A stretch of DNA of 64,000 bases. Origin: Octopus sinensis. Lineage: Eukaryota. Numbering within the stretch: position 1 is the stretch's first letter; every line of letters begins with the position of its first letter. The DNA lies in the NCBI RefSeq assembly GCF_006345805.1, contig NC_042998.1, positions 142,042,001-142,106,000 on the forward strand, in the 5' to 3' direction. The position numbers and the translations under genes were made by a program. Positions 26,065-40,267 of the stretch are shown here, piece by piece. The notes beneath the pieces are model-generated. The model was not told the DNA's origin, did not search any database, and saw nothing but the letters and a program-made list of their open reading frames with translations.

Positions 26065-26650
26065 TTTTCTACTCTAGGCACAAGGCCCGAAATATTTGGG
26101 GAGGGGGTCAGTCGATTAGCTCGACCCCAGTACGCAACCGGTACTTAATTGATCGATACCGAAAGGATGAAAGGCAAAGTCGACCTCAGCGGAATTTGAA
26201 CTCAGAACATAAAGACAGGCGAAATACCTATTTCTATTTCTTTACTACCCACAAGGGGCTAAACACAGAGGGAACAAACAAGGACAGACAAACGGATTAA
26301 GTCGATGAGATCGACCCGAGTGCGTAACTGGTACTTATTTAATCGACCCCGAAAGGATGAATGGCAAAGTCGACCTCGGCGGAATTTGAACTCAGAACGT
26401 AGCGGCAGATGAAATACCTATTTCTTTACTACCCACAAGGGGTTAAACACAGAGAGGACAAACAAGGACAGACAAACGGATTAAGTCGATTTGATCGACC
26501 CCCAGTACGTAACTGGTACTTAATTTATCGACCCCGAAAGGATGAAAGGCAAAGTCGACCTCGGTGGAATTTGAACTCAGAACGTAACGACAGACGAAAT
26601 ACTGCTACGCATTTCGCTCAGCGTGCTCACGATTCTGCCAGCTCGTCGCC
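26065..26650 (-). mobile_element. Three tandem family B SINEs, two with a CCTTGTGGGTAGTAAAGAAA tail
   Basis: GAAAGGATGAAAGGCAAAGTCGACCTCGGCGGAATTTGAACTCAGAACGT appears three times. Confidence 0.85.
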
Positions 26651-28596
26651 TCCCACACACATATATTGAAAGATAAATATGCATATATTAAGAGTCAGAC
26701 AGACTGATAGACAGGAAGACAGACAGGCAGATAGCTAGATAGATAGATAGGTAGATAGATAGACAGAGAGAAAGAGAGACAGACAGACAGAAAATGAGGG
26801 GTTTCCGCAGTTTTCCTCCATCAAATTTCATTTACCTGAGGCAACAGTTGTAGACGCTTTCCTAACTGAAGTAAAACAGAAAAATTCTAGAAATTACCTC
26901 CCTTCGCCAGTTTATATTATCATATTGTCTAAAAATTAATTTCACCCGCGAGCAACGATCAAATCATTCAGACGCGTCCAGTATTTTAATTTATTAAATT
27001 ATGTCTTCTCTTCTTTCAGCAATATTTACAAAGAAGAGTGTGTTTTCTTTATCAATATTGATTTCTAACATATGCAGAAGGCCAGACATTTTGGTGATGG
27101 CATAGTTGTTTATATCGATCTCAGTACTTAACGGAGAATTATTTTGTCAACCTTGAAAAGATGAAATGCTAACTGATCCCAGTGAGTTAGGAAAAAAGGA
27201 TGAAATGGGATGTAATTAAACACCATATATCATTTTATTCGCTGCTCTATCGATTCTGCCAAATTACTACAGATGTTGGCAATGTTAAAATTTGTTGGGG
27301 CGGTGAGCTGGTAGGGTCGTTAATGAGTCGGACGAAATGCTTAGAAAAATTTCCTCTAGCTCTTTGGTTTCTGGACTCAAAATCCTTCGAGGTCAACGTT
27401 CCCTTCCATTCTTTCGGGGTCGATAAAATACGTTGCATTTGAGCACTGGGGTCGATGTAATCGATTTCTATCCACCTCTCATCAAAGTTGTTGGCCTGGC
27501 ACCAATATTAGAAAGAATATAAGTATTTGTTGGAGTGGAAAGCCGCCAGAATTGTTTGTGTGCCGGACAAAATGCTTAGTAGTATTTCTTCCGGCTCTTT
27601 ACGTTTTCTGTTCAAATACTTTTCATCTTTTCGGAGTCGAGGCCGATAAAATAAAATACCACTCAAGTGCTTGGTTCGATGTAATGGACTTGTCCCACCA
27701 CTGCTGGTCTTGTACCATAATTTGAAACAATATTAGTATTTATACACATGAGCGTGGATTAGTAATAATACTGCTGGGCTCAAAATCATAAGGTCGTGAG
27801 TTCGACTCCTGGACTGAGCGGTGCACTTTGTCATTGAGCAAGGCACTTCACCTCATTTTTCTCCAGTCTACTCAGCTGAAAATCAGTACCAGCTTACTAC
27901 TGATACAATCCTCTCTCCTCCTAACTTTCACATCCTCGATGGTCTGCAAGGTCAAGGAGCGGGTGGGCTGAGACGATGTTAATGTCTGCTCGAGACCAAC
28001 ATAATAATCAGCGAAAGCATGGTACATATTAACAAGTCATACTCGCCTGTGAATGACTGCTATCGATGTAGTAAGTGTTGCATCATATTTTGAATTGCTA
28101 CATTGAATCTATATTCGGACAATCTTATAAATAACTCTACTTGTCATTGCGTTATTTTGCCCGTCGGAAACGGTTTCACGTGATTAGAGAAAGAAAAGAA
28201 TAGTATAATAGACAGATCATAATCTAAAGATAAAAATAATAACTAACGAATATTATTTCGACAAAGGTAAATAAATATAGTAAGTGTTGTACAGAAAATC
28301 AACAAAGAATAGGTGGTGTGGTTGGGGTGGAGGTGGCGGTGGTGATTGTATAGTGAAAAATGTATTCTTTTTTAGTTGAACTAAGCTTTTTATATCATCT
28401 ATCAACGCATGCGTTATAAGTGCAAGTCCGCGTAATATTCACGCTTATTTACGTGACAGATATATGCAATTTAACTAAAGGTTGTATCATATGTACGTGA
28501 TATTGGTTTTTGTTTATGAGAAAAAGGAAAAATAAGAGTGAATATTTATTCTATGAGCACTGTGTATTAAGTCTGTAAAATTGTGCATAAAGTATG

Positions 28597-28687
<91 letters not shown>

Positions 28688-31090
28688 TGCATTAAGTAAC
28701 CATCGTATTCCAATTTCTTTCACTTTTCAATGATTAGCAGACGAGCGACTATCTTTTGATCCAGCCACAACACAAGCTACGCTTTCAGGTTTTTTGGATT
28801 AAGTTTTCAGAAATAACCTAATAGGTTTATCATTAATTCCATGGTCCTGCTAGTATATTATTATTTCCTGTTATACTGAACTGTAAGATGGCTGCTGATA
28901 GTAATAGATGTTTGCATTGAATATTCCTATATTACTGGTAGTTATTTCACTGAGCTCAGACATAAAAATTTAACCCAACTGCAGAGAGGATTTGACTCAT
29001 CATGAATGTGACAGAGTCGTCAGAGCGTCGAAGAGACTACCTCACAGTGTTTTATCTGATTCTCTATACTCTGAGTTCAAATCCCGCCGTAGTCACCTTT
29101 AGTCCTCAACGTTTTAAAATCGAATAAAAAAAAAACATCAATCTAGTGAGATGCATTAGCGGAATGCTATAAGTACCAGATTGGATGCCTAGCAGTATTT
29201 GTTTTGGCTCTTTGCGTTCAGAATTCAAATCCATACCATGGCCTACGTAGACTTAATCCGTCGCTCGGTTTAGCACTACCACCTTGGGGATCTTTGGTGG
29301 GGTTCACTGTCTTATAAGCATTCGGGCCAGGTTTCCTGTTTGAGGAGTATTTTTCCCTCCCTCCAAAGTATCTGTGAAGGAGTCATAAACAATGCTATTG
29401 TTTTCGACTAAAAGAGAAAAAGGAAAACAATGAAATATCCACGCTATTCTCACAGCCTTTCATATGCCAGGAGACCAATATTTGTAAGCTAAAAGTGTGA
29501 TTGATTTTTCACCTCTCAAGCTTTAAAATTCCAAAGGCTATTCGGTTTCCATTACATATAAATGACCGAGTACACAACATCCCTCAGAACAGAACGCCGG
29601 TCTGTTGCAGGATTCAAAGTAACTTTCTTTTCTCTCTCTCTCACTATTTTTTTTCTTCTTTTTTTTGAGGTTAGAGAATACGTTGATTACATCAACAACT
29701 TTATTTTATCGATTCTGAAGGGATGAAAGGCAAAGTGACCTCGGTGGAATATGAACTCAGAACGTAAAGTGCCGGAAGAAATACCGTTAAGCTTTTTGTC
29801 CGTTTTTTTAATGGTTCTACCAGGTCGCCGCCTGCGTATGATTGATTGAATAGATTTAAATATATTTCAGGAATTCTCTGAATTAAAAACTGACTTATGC
29901 GGATTTCGAGCCTTAGATGTATGAAGACAAACCTAAACGCTATAAAGTGTTCAATGCAGTACTCGCAATTCTGACAGCAGTTCACCAGCCTTCCTTATAA
30001 ATTATTCTGTATATTTGATTAAAAGAAAACAAATAATTTGTCTATAAAAATATGCAAATATCCGTCTGTCTTTGACTAGATATCTATAACCTCTTACTTA
30101 ATAGGTGACTTGCTTTCTTCTTGTTTTATTTTCATTGATTTTTTCAATGGTTACTTCTTTAGATATTAGAGGTTTGGCATAAACAAGTAGACTGGTATCG
30201 GTTGTATCTGTCTCTAGTTAGTTTCTCTTTTAATGCTCCCTTTTTCAAAGATGTTAATACTACCATACCTGTTCTTTTATTATCCGGCTGGCGTCTTTCA
30301 CTCATTTAATCCTCAAACTATTATATTTTCCTACCTAAATTATGCACAGCTTTGCATAGTTAATTGGTAATTCTTTCAGAAAATTAGGGAAAGGATGTTC
30401 ATGATTTTTTCAGTGAGGTTAGACTAGTACTGAAATATGACCAGACTTATATTTCTTTCTTATTGTTTACTTATTTCTGTTTAGATTTTAGTGCTCGAGT
30501 CCTTACAATATGCTAAAGCAAAAAAAAATTTCTCTTTATTTTCCGGCCTGTCAAATTTTCCCTGAAGAAAGATTTTGTCCAAAACGATGGATTTCCACTC
30601 CCCACAACAAGTTCATTGTATTTTCTTTGTTGATTTTCTGTACAACACTTATTATATTTATTAACCTTTGTCGAAATACTGTTCGTTAGTTATTATTTTT
30701 ATCTTTAGATTATGATCTGACTATTATACTATATATGAAGGAGCATGCCCAAGTGGTTAAGTTGTTGCACACACAATAGCAAGATCGTGGTTATAGTTTC
30801 CAGACCGAGTGGTGCGTTGCATTCTTGAACAAAACACTTCATTTCATGTACATACTGCATCTATTCCAAAGCATTTCATTTCATGTTACTTCGGTCTCTG
30901 CTGTAACAGGTACCAGCCATTTACAGCTACAGCTCTTCCCTCCTCCAGCTGTCACATTTTCTGTATTTCGCAAGGTCAATGTTGAGAGTTCTTTGAAAAT
31001 GTGTTTGGCTTAATGTAAACTAAATTGATGCCTAAAGCAATTTGTGAAAACACAGTACATACTGCCAAATCATATTCACTCGCGAGTGAC

Positions 31091-31626
31091 ATCTATATAT
31101 ATTGTATACTAGCAGTATCGCCCGGCGTTGCTCGGGTTTGTAAGGGAAATAACTATATAAGCATTTTTAGAGAGTTACTTCCCTTATAGATGCCAATTCG
31201 GGCTTTCTTAGCCATTTCTGTTTTGGTGTCTTCAAGCCATGAAGTCGTTGTTCTAAAAGAACGCTGATCTCCTTGACAACGCTTTACGACGTTGATTTCC
31301 TTACACTCCCTTCCCCACAGCTTCGCGAGGGAGGGAAGAAGGGGGAGAAGCAAACACAGGTGCAGGTGTTTGAGCGTGGACGCCAACTCCGCCGCCATCG
31401 ACACTCGAAAAATTATGCATTAAAATGGAATAAAAAATGATGTTAAATTATTTTTAAAATCGTAGACTCATCGTAGACGCGCGCTAATACTCAGACGGGC
31501 TCGATATTAATCACGACTATAAGATACCCGAATTTGGTTAAACTGCACCGCAAAATGTGGGAGGAGTTAGGAATCTAAATCGAAGGGGACAGACACTCAC
31601 ACAACTACAGTTTTATATATATAGAT
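31091..31626 (+). mobile_element. Helentron-associated non-autonomous element (HINE/DINE-1-like)
   Basis: ATCTATATATA (31091) and TATATATAGAT (31616-31626) form an inverted pair. ACTAG is followed by a CCCGGCGTTGCTCGGG hairpin near the 5' end. Confidence 0.65.
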
Positions 31627-32199
31627 ATCGTGCTTTATTCTGAATTGATTTATAGATTATTAATTCAAACAATATATTATCATATATTGTACATAATAGC
31701 ATGTAAATATTGGTTTAAATAACCCTTTGTGTAGAAAAGCTGAAGATTGCGCGTGGCACACGAATTTACATCTGTTGCAAACACCTCAGACATTCCGCCG
31801 AGGTCGACTTTACCTTTCATCCTTTCGGGGTCATTTAAAGAAGTGCCAGTGACGCACTGGGGACGATGTAATCGACTTAATCCCTTTGTCTGTCCTTGTT
31901 TGCCCCCTCTATGTTTAGCCCCACCCCCACCCGAGGCCAATAAAGAAATAAAGAAATAAACACCTCAGACTTTATACCATTGGACCAAAGCAGTCCTTCG
32001 AATTTCTCCATCCAATTTATAAACATTCTTTTACTGGTGAGAATTGTATGCTGCTTATATCATAAAAGTTTAGAAACTTCGAGGAACGTGAAATAATACT
32101 TTCTATTATATTGAACTGTAAGATGGCTAGAAGTAGTAAATATTTCAATAGAAATGGTTGCAGAAATATATTTCCTCCATTAAATCGCTGATCATTAAG

Positions 32200-32560
32200 T
32201 AACTGTTTCATCCATCTGTATTCTCCGGCATATTGGACAGCAAGCTGACGATATAGGTTTCTGTTGGCTACAGTTTTCTCTGCATCGGTCATGCGACATT
32301 GGCCTCTCTCTTTCATGTCGGTTATGAATGTTCTGCTCCACGTACTTTTCGGTCTTCCTGTCTTTCTTTTCCCTTCTGGTGATGTCCATTTCAATGGCGT
32401 TGTTCTGGGAACCGAAAAATGTGACCTGCTAGTTTTAATCTTCACTCTGTAAATGATTTCGTAAGTCTTCTATTGCTGCCTTTAGAATGTCTTCATTGGT
32501 TCTTTGATCTTATCAGTATGTTTTCAGAATCCTTCTTCCAACATCTTTTGTGAAACATCT
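32200..32560 (-). mobile_element. RTE-clade LINE 3' remnant
   Basis: RLKLAGHIFR and W.PEGKRKTGRPKSTW.R....D....G...A.NR, the characteristic RTE C-terminus. Confidence 0.75.
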
Positions 32561-33228
32561 AGGTTTCTACCAATTTTTCACGGTACTTTGGTATATCTTA
32601 CTGACATACAGAACTGTTGGTAGAATATGCTATTATATTATATTATATTATATTATATTATATTATATTATATTATACTATATTATATTACGCTATTCGT
32701 CCGTCTGCAACCACAGTAAAATATTCATTAACTCTTCTTGTTACTGTTCTTATTCAAACTTAAATCGATTCTGAGTAGATCTTTGATCAAAATCATTCTA
32801 ACCATGACTACCCCGTCTTATTAAAGTATAGTCTAATCAGGACAACTTTATTCAGTGTCCCCTTTACATTAAAAAAAAAACACACAAAGGGTGTGATTTG
32901 AGGGAGATCTGGATGCTTATTCCTAGCATATCGAGTGACTATATATACTAACCCCCTAGTTGGTTAGTATATATTCGTAATATGCAAAGTATATATTCGC
33001 AATATGCAAATAAACAAATATACTAATATACTGATATTCTATAGCTATTTCCTAGAAATTTCTGATCTTGCACCAATGTTAGAAATCAATATTTTCTACC
33101 ATAGCTCCTATATATGATAATTGCTAATTAGTAAACAATTATAGCTATTTTCATCGTTATTAATTGCTGCTGATAAAGTGGCTTTGTAACCTCTGCTATT
33201 TCAGCGATATATAAGACTGTAATACCAT

Positions 33229-33345
<117 letters not shown>

Positions 33346-33551
33346 CGCATGCGCGCACACGCACACAAATTCTTTGAGTTGTATTCTCAGTATTTTTTGC
33401 ACGACTACTATTTTTAGCGAATTGTATTTTTGTTTTAATACCGCTTCTTAGATTAGAAATGCTTACACAGAATAATTTCTATTCCTGCACCATATTTGGC
33501 TGGTTATTCTTCTTCTTCTTCTTCTTCTTCTTCTTTTTCTTCTTCTTCTTC

Positions 33552-33602
<51 letters not shown>

Positions 33603-34102
33603 GAGTTTAATTTTGCTCTGGAGAATACTTCAATATAACAGAATCTAAAGTGGTTGGTTGCGATTTGCGTCGGCAAAACACGTATTATTTGGTAAAAAGC
33701 GACAGAAATGGCACAGTGAAATTGCCATGGAACGTTTCGGACAGAATAAAGTAGACAAGAGTAAAGTGAAAGAAAGGCAGCAGTGTTTTACATTCTCCAT
33801 GTTTGAAAAATTGGCTGCAACTGACAAGAAACTCACGACTGTCTGAGCCTCATTCGCAAACAGGAAGCTGTAGGAGAGAGAAAATTGGTGAGAGAGGAAG
33901 AACAAAGCAGAAACGAAAAGAGGAGCGAACGAGGGTGAAATGTGTGAGTGTGTGTGTGGTAGGGGAATTAGGGCAACAAATGAGCTGAAGGATAAGAAAA
34001 TTATTTCTGAACTAAAAGAAGGTATAAGAATAGGAAAAAAACACGTATATTTAAATCCGTCGAGGATGTGACTGAATTTTAAAAGTTTGTAAATATTTCC
34101 CC

Positions 34103-34515
34103 GGGATCTTTTCGGTTTGAACGGCAGTTTTTTAAAATAATTTCCACGTAACTAAACACTTTTAAACTTCGTATACTGGTAGAATGTGTTTATAAAACAT
34201 ATTTTTCTCTTGGCTTTATTGAGAAAATTCTATAGTTTGTAAGATATTTGTTTTTTTTTTTTCTTTGATGTCTGCAATTTCAACTAATCAATGACGTCTA
34301 TTGAGATAAAAAAACATTCTGTGCCGTATGAATGTCCCTCGTTTAAGAAACAGATTGGGTTTATTTACATTTCTGAAGAAAAAAAAGATACCCTTCCCCC
34401 CATCCCTAACCCTGAAACAGATTGAAATGCAATAGATCGATACTAGGGTAATAATTATGGGTGACAATTTCATATGACACCGCTAGAAAAACTGCCGTCC
34501 AAACCGAAAAGATCC
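34103..34515. mobile_element. MITE with 28-bp TIRs and a probable 8-bp TSD (hAT-like)
   Basis: GGATCTTTTCGGTTTGAACGGCAGTTTTT / AAAAACTGCCGTCCAAACCGAAAAGATCC, with flanks ATTTCCCC and ACTTCCCC. Confidence 0.75.
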
Positions 34516-35559
34516 ACTTCCCCGTATTTCATTCCCCATCTATAAAAATTTTGCAGCTTCGTATCGTGCAGGCATGGCTGTGTGGTTAAGAAGATTACTT
34601 TGCAATCCTGTGGTTTCGGGTTAAGTTCGAATGCGCTGCACTTAGAGCAAGTAACATCTAGTAAAGTATCGGACTGACCAATACCTTGTGAATAAATTTA
34701 GTAGATGGAAACTGTGTGGAAGGCCATGATGTGTGTGTATGTGAGTGTATGTATGTTTGTTTGTGTGGAGGTATGAGTGTGGGTAGGTGTGTACCTTTGC
34801 GTTTGTGTTTGTCCCCAACACTGCTCGACAACCGATGTTGGTCTGTTTACACGCCCGTAACTTACCGGTTCGACATAAGAGACCGGTAAGATAAATACCA
34901 AACTTAAAAAATAAGTATTGGGGTTGATTTGTTCGATTAAACTGTTCAGGAGACAGTGTCCCAGAATACCTGCAGTCCAGTGACTGAAACTCTTAAAAGA
35001 ATAAGTAATAATATAGCACACAGGTATCAAACATACAACCCAAGAGCAGGATTTGGCCCGCGGTCATGTTTAGTCCGTCCCCAGACTCAATTTCATATAT
35101 AAAAGATGGAAGTCTGTAGCAAGTATGTTGCGAGTGAAAAAACCTGTCTAAACGAGAACCAAAACAGGACAATGCAACGTCTTCAGCGTGAGTATGTGGT
35201 TTGTTGGGTCGACCGCGTCCTCCGCTTCATTTTTTGTAAATCACTCATTCTCATTTAATTGTATATATTTTAATTGTTTGTTTATTCATACGTTTCGTCT
35301 CATTCGATACCCTGACCCCTATGTAAGTTTTGTCTGTCCTCGTAACATTCCCTCTTTTTCTTAACCTCATGTTTTATAAAGAAATTGACTTTATATAACC
35401 CGACGCTTCTATACATTTCATCATACACAAATAATACCATGCCCTTCAACATATCTAAGAAATACATATATAAGCAGAAAAGGTAAAAAATATATATGCA
35501 CATATAAAAATACAAAATATATAGGAGGGCCTGTCAAGAAAAAAGTATATACAAATCGA

Positions 35560-37270
35560 CTAAAAAGTATTTTACCCCACGATTAAAAATATATCAAAAT
35601 AGTTCGTTTTTAAAAATGAAGCAATCCATAGTAGGTCCGGTATCCAAGGAGCGTATCCTTTTTTTGGAACTCTCTTACGATCCCTATTTCAAAAGAAAAC
35701 CATATTTATATTCAACTTTTCTGATAGATATCTACTAGAGGAATCCGATGATGCCAATTATATAAAAAAAAATTAAATAAAAAGCTACTGGGGCCAAATG
35801 TGCCGAAAAAAATGGTAACGCCTAAAATAAATTCAAAACCTAAATTTTTTTTACCTCATATGATAGAACTCATCAAGGCGAGTGTCGTGGTGCTTGCTAA
35901 TCTTTTCAAAAGATATCATTTACACACGGAAGTGTGTGAATAATATTCTTAAGGTCAACATTCACTCACTCACGACCACTTCTCGGCTTTGTCACAAACT
36001 CAGTTTTTCACCAAATTAGATGATGCTTACATTTTTAGATTGTTCACATCATAAGCTACTTTTCGGGCTAAGAAATTTGAAAATTGGTAGGAAAAAGTTT
36101 GAGTCAAATATGCGAGGTCACAAACGGGAGAATAACGCCTGAAATCGACTTTCAGTCCAAATATTTTTTTTTTTAAATAAATCTATATTTTCTTTTAGCT
36201 TATATGATTGATCTCGACAACAGGAACCTATCCATGTTAGTTATTCGCAAAAATATTCAGTAGAAAAAGTACTGAGGTAAAAACCAGCGAAAAATAAAAA
36301 GGTGATTAACGCCTGATATCGACTTTCACTCAAAATATTATTCTTCTTTCAAAAGAAAACTATATTTAAATTTAACTTTTTTTATAGATCTCGACTACAG
36401 AAATCCCATGATGCTAATTATCAATAAAAAAAAATTTTATATAAGAAATTACTGGGGCCAAATGTGTCGAAAACAGTGGTAACGGCTAAAAGCAAATTCA
36501 GAACCTAAAGATTTTATTTTTGCATAAAAAATTTGTTTTTGCTTAGCTCATAAGATAGAACTCATCAAGACGAATGTCGTGGTGCTAATCTTTTCAAAAA
36601 ATATTCAAAATGAAAAAAGTTATTATATAAGCTAAATGTGCCAAAAGTACGTAAAAACAATTTTCAAGTAATATTATTACTTATTACAGTACTAAGACGA
36701 CGAGCTGGTAGAGTCGTTAACACGCATGGTGAAATCTTCGCGGCATTTCGCCTGTCTCTACATTCTGAGTTCAAAATGCGCCAAGGTCGTCTTTGCCTTT
36801 TATCTGTTCGGTACTCGATAAAATGCGTATCAACTGCGCACTGAGGTCGATGTAATCAGCTTCCACCCCCTCCGGATTCGATGGCCTTCTGCCAAAATTG
36901 GAAACCAATATTGCAAAATGTTTGATTCAATTCAGTATTTAGGTATCTTGCAAAGATCTACCTCATATTCATAGAATGCACTCTATTGTAATAAATATAT
37001 ATTGTAATAAATATCATTCACACATATGTATGAATAATATTCTTAAGGTCAACATCTACTCACTCGCGACCACTAATTGTCACTAATTGAGTTTTTTTTT
37101 TTTTTTTACCATATTTGATGATGTTTATACATTTTTAGACTGGTCACCTCCTAAGCTACATTTTCAAATACAAAATTTGAAATTTGGTTCAGTGGAAAAA
37201 AAATTGAGATTTCAAATATGTGAGGTCAAAAAGGGGAGAATAACGCCTGAAATCAACTTCAGAGATATAC
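35560..37270. repeat. Degenerate internal direct repeats, probably a DNA-transposon relic, interrupted by a SINE
   Basis: 35680-35915 resembles 36345-36600, and 35945-36150 resembles 37035-37265. Confidence 0.55.
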
Positions 37271-37585
37271 ACATGACACTGCATACATAGATACACACAC
37301 ACACACACACACACACACACTCGCACATGCACACGCATACTTACACACACAATGCACACGCACATGCACATAAGTAACTTTTAAAACGCCCATGAAGAGA
37401 AACAAAGGTGAGTGTGATGAATACGTAGCTTTAGAGAGGGGATAAGTTGAAAACAACTGATGACAACTGGACTCTTTTCTGCTGTTCATCGTAAGTAAAC
37501 ACTCACACACAGACGCACACACACACGTACACACATGCACACATACACACACACACAAACACACACACACCACACACACACACAC

Positions 37586-37628
<43 letters not shown>

Positions 37629-38002
37629 ACGGGCTTCTTTCAGTTTCCATCTACCAAATCCACTCACAAGTCTTTAGTCGACCCGATACTATAGTAGAAG
37701 ACACTTGCCCAAGGTCCCACGTCGTGGCAAGCTGCTTACCATACAGTCATGCCTGCTGCGCCTATATACATATGCACACGCGCACATACATCCATATATA
37801 TATATTATTGTGTCTTAGAAGGGTCATTACGCCAATAATAACACACGCACTAGTTCAATATCACTACTTTATTGTTAACCAATTAGATAAACATCTAATC
37901 AACTAACCAATCGATCTTTTGTTTACTGTGCTGATTAAACGATCAATCGGTTGTTTGTCAGTTACAGTTCTTTCGTCGCTGTCTGCGACCTTTTCAATGC
38001 CT

Positions 38003-38073
<71 letters not shown>

Positions 38074-39612
38074 ATATATATATATCCCTCTCTATCTCTC
38101 TCCCTTAGTCTGTGCGAGTATTAGTCTTACGCCTGTGTATGTATGCTGTATGTTTTTGCTTAGAAGAGAAGGTAAGGGTGAGAGTAAACGAAGAGCTTTG
38201 TGTGTGTGTGTGTGTTCATGCGCGTGTGCGTGAGTGGCTGTGTGTGTCTGTGTGTGCGTGCGTTTGTGTATGTGTATATGTGCAGCCGCTTGCCTGCTTA
38301 TGTATGTGTTTGTGTGTTTGTGAATATGTGCATTAGCCATCCGTGACCTCTTTAAGGATTCGGCCTTTTGTTCAAGGTCAATTCAGTCTCAGATACGCTG
38401 GGATTCGCTCGTCATCCCGTAAAGATTTATGGGATGAGAGCAAGTGGGTGTGTGGGCGCGCGCATATGTGGCTTTGTGTGCGTGTTTGTGTGGTTGAGTT
38501 CATTCTGTGAGTCAGTGTGCATGTTCTTAAGTGTGTGTATCAATGTGTGTTTGCTTATGTGAGTGCATTCTAGTATACACGTGTACGTATCTGCGATTGC
38601 GTGTGGTATGGCGGTTTTTTTTAATAAGTAAGCCTCTGTGTGCATGTTTGCGTGTATGTATACCTTGTGTGTATGTATGCATACATGCGTACGTGTGTAT
38701 GCGCGCGTGTATGAGCGTACACGTGTGAGCGTGCACATGTGTGTGTGTGTGTGTGTGTGTTTGTGCGTGCGCGTGCGCGTGCATGTCCATGAGTGTGTAC
38801 GTTAGTACGCATGATGCCTGTAGATGTGTGTGTGTGGTTATGTGTTCTTGCGCTCCTGTGTGTGAGTGTGTGTGTGTGCGCGTGCGTGTGTGTACGTTCG
38901 CGCGTGCGAGTGGACCTTTATGGTTGTGTACGGGAACTGTTCATAGCAATACCTATTTATTTGTATGGGCTTTCTTGTATTCTGCTGTTAGTCTAATCCT
39001 ACCTTATCAATTCCTTCCTACACCTACGTGCATGCACGTACGCGTGCATGCACGTACGCGCGCATGCGTGCTCGGACCGGAACGGGCGTATATTGGAGTT
39101 GTGCATATTTACATGTATTTACTTGTATGGATCTCCATGAATCCTACTCATAAAGGCGGAAACGACATTCGCTCTACGGGTGCAAGCCCATTTTCCTAAG
39201 AGGACGTTCAAAGCGTTTTCATTGACCCCGACCCAAACCATCCAAAATTTTAGGGGATGCAGTTGCATCCCATGCACCCCTGCTCCCCTTGCATTCCCTG
39301 TTCCAGAGTCGGTGATTCGGCTGTCGTTCTTTCCACACCCTATATATACCTGTGTATACCACACACAGAGGCACCCGTGTATGCATATTGCATGGGTGAT
39401 AACTGGCATTGTGGTTCTAATACCTATTATCTTTTACTGGTTTCAATTTTTAGACAGCGGTCATGCTGGGGCACCGCCTTGAATTTTCAGTAGAATGAAT
39501 CAAATCCAGTACTTATTTTCTTCTTAAGCCTTGTACTTATTCTATCATACGGGGATGTTAGCACACCAGCACCGGATATGAAGCTGGCTGGGGGGAAAAA
39601 CACAGACACAAA

Positions 39613-39656
<44 letters not shown>

Positions 39657-39834
39657 CTCTCTCTCTCTCATAGGTGCAGGCGTGGCTGTGTGGTAAGATG
39701 CTTCTTCCCGACAACATTGTTCTGAGTTCAGCCCCACTGCATGGCAATTTGGGCAAGTGTCTTCTGCTATAGCCTCGGACCGACCAAAGCCTCGCGAGAG
39801 GATTTGGTAGACGGAAACTGAAAGAAGCCCGTCG

Positions 39835-39867
<33 letters not shown>

Positions 39868-40180
39868 ATTTGTTTGTTCGCGCGCACGCGTGCGTGTGTG
39901 TGTGAGTGGTTGTGTCTGTGTTTATCCCCCATCACCGCTTGACAACCGGTATTGGTGTGTTTATGGCCCCGTAACTTAGCGGTTCGGCAAAAGACCAACA
40001 GAATAAGTGCCAGGCTTAAAAATAAATAAGGTGATGCTCCAGCATGGCCGCTGTCAAATGACTGAAGCAAGTAAAATAATATACGATGGGTTTCTTTCAG
40101 TTCTGTCTACCAAATCCACTCACAAGGCTTTTGTCGGTCGGAGGCTATAGTAGAAGACACTTGCTCATAATTTCTCTTTC

Positions 40181-40267
<87 letters not shown>

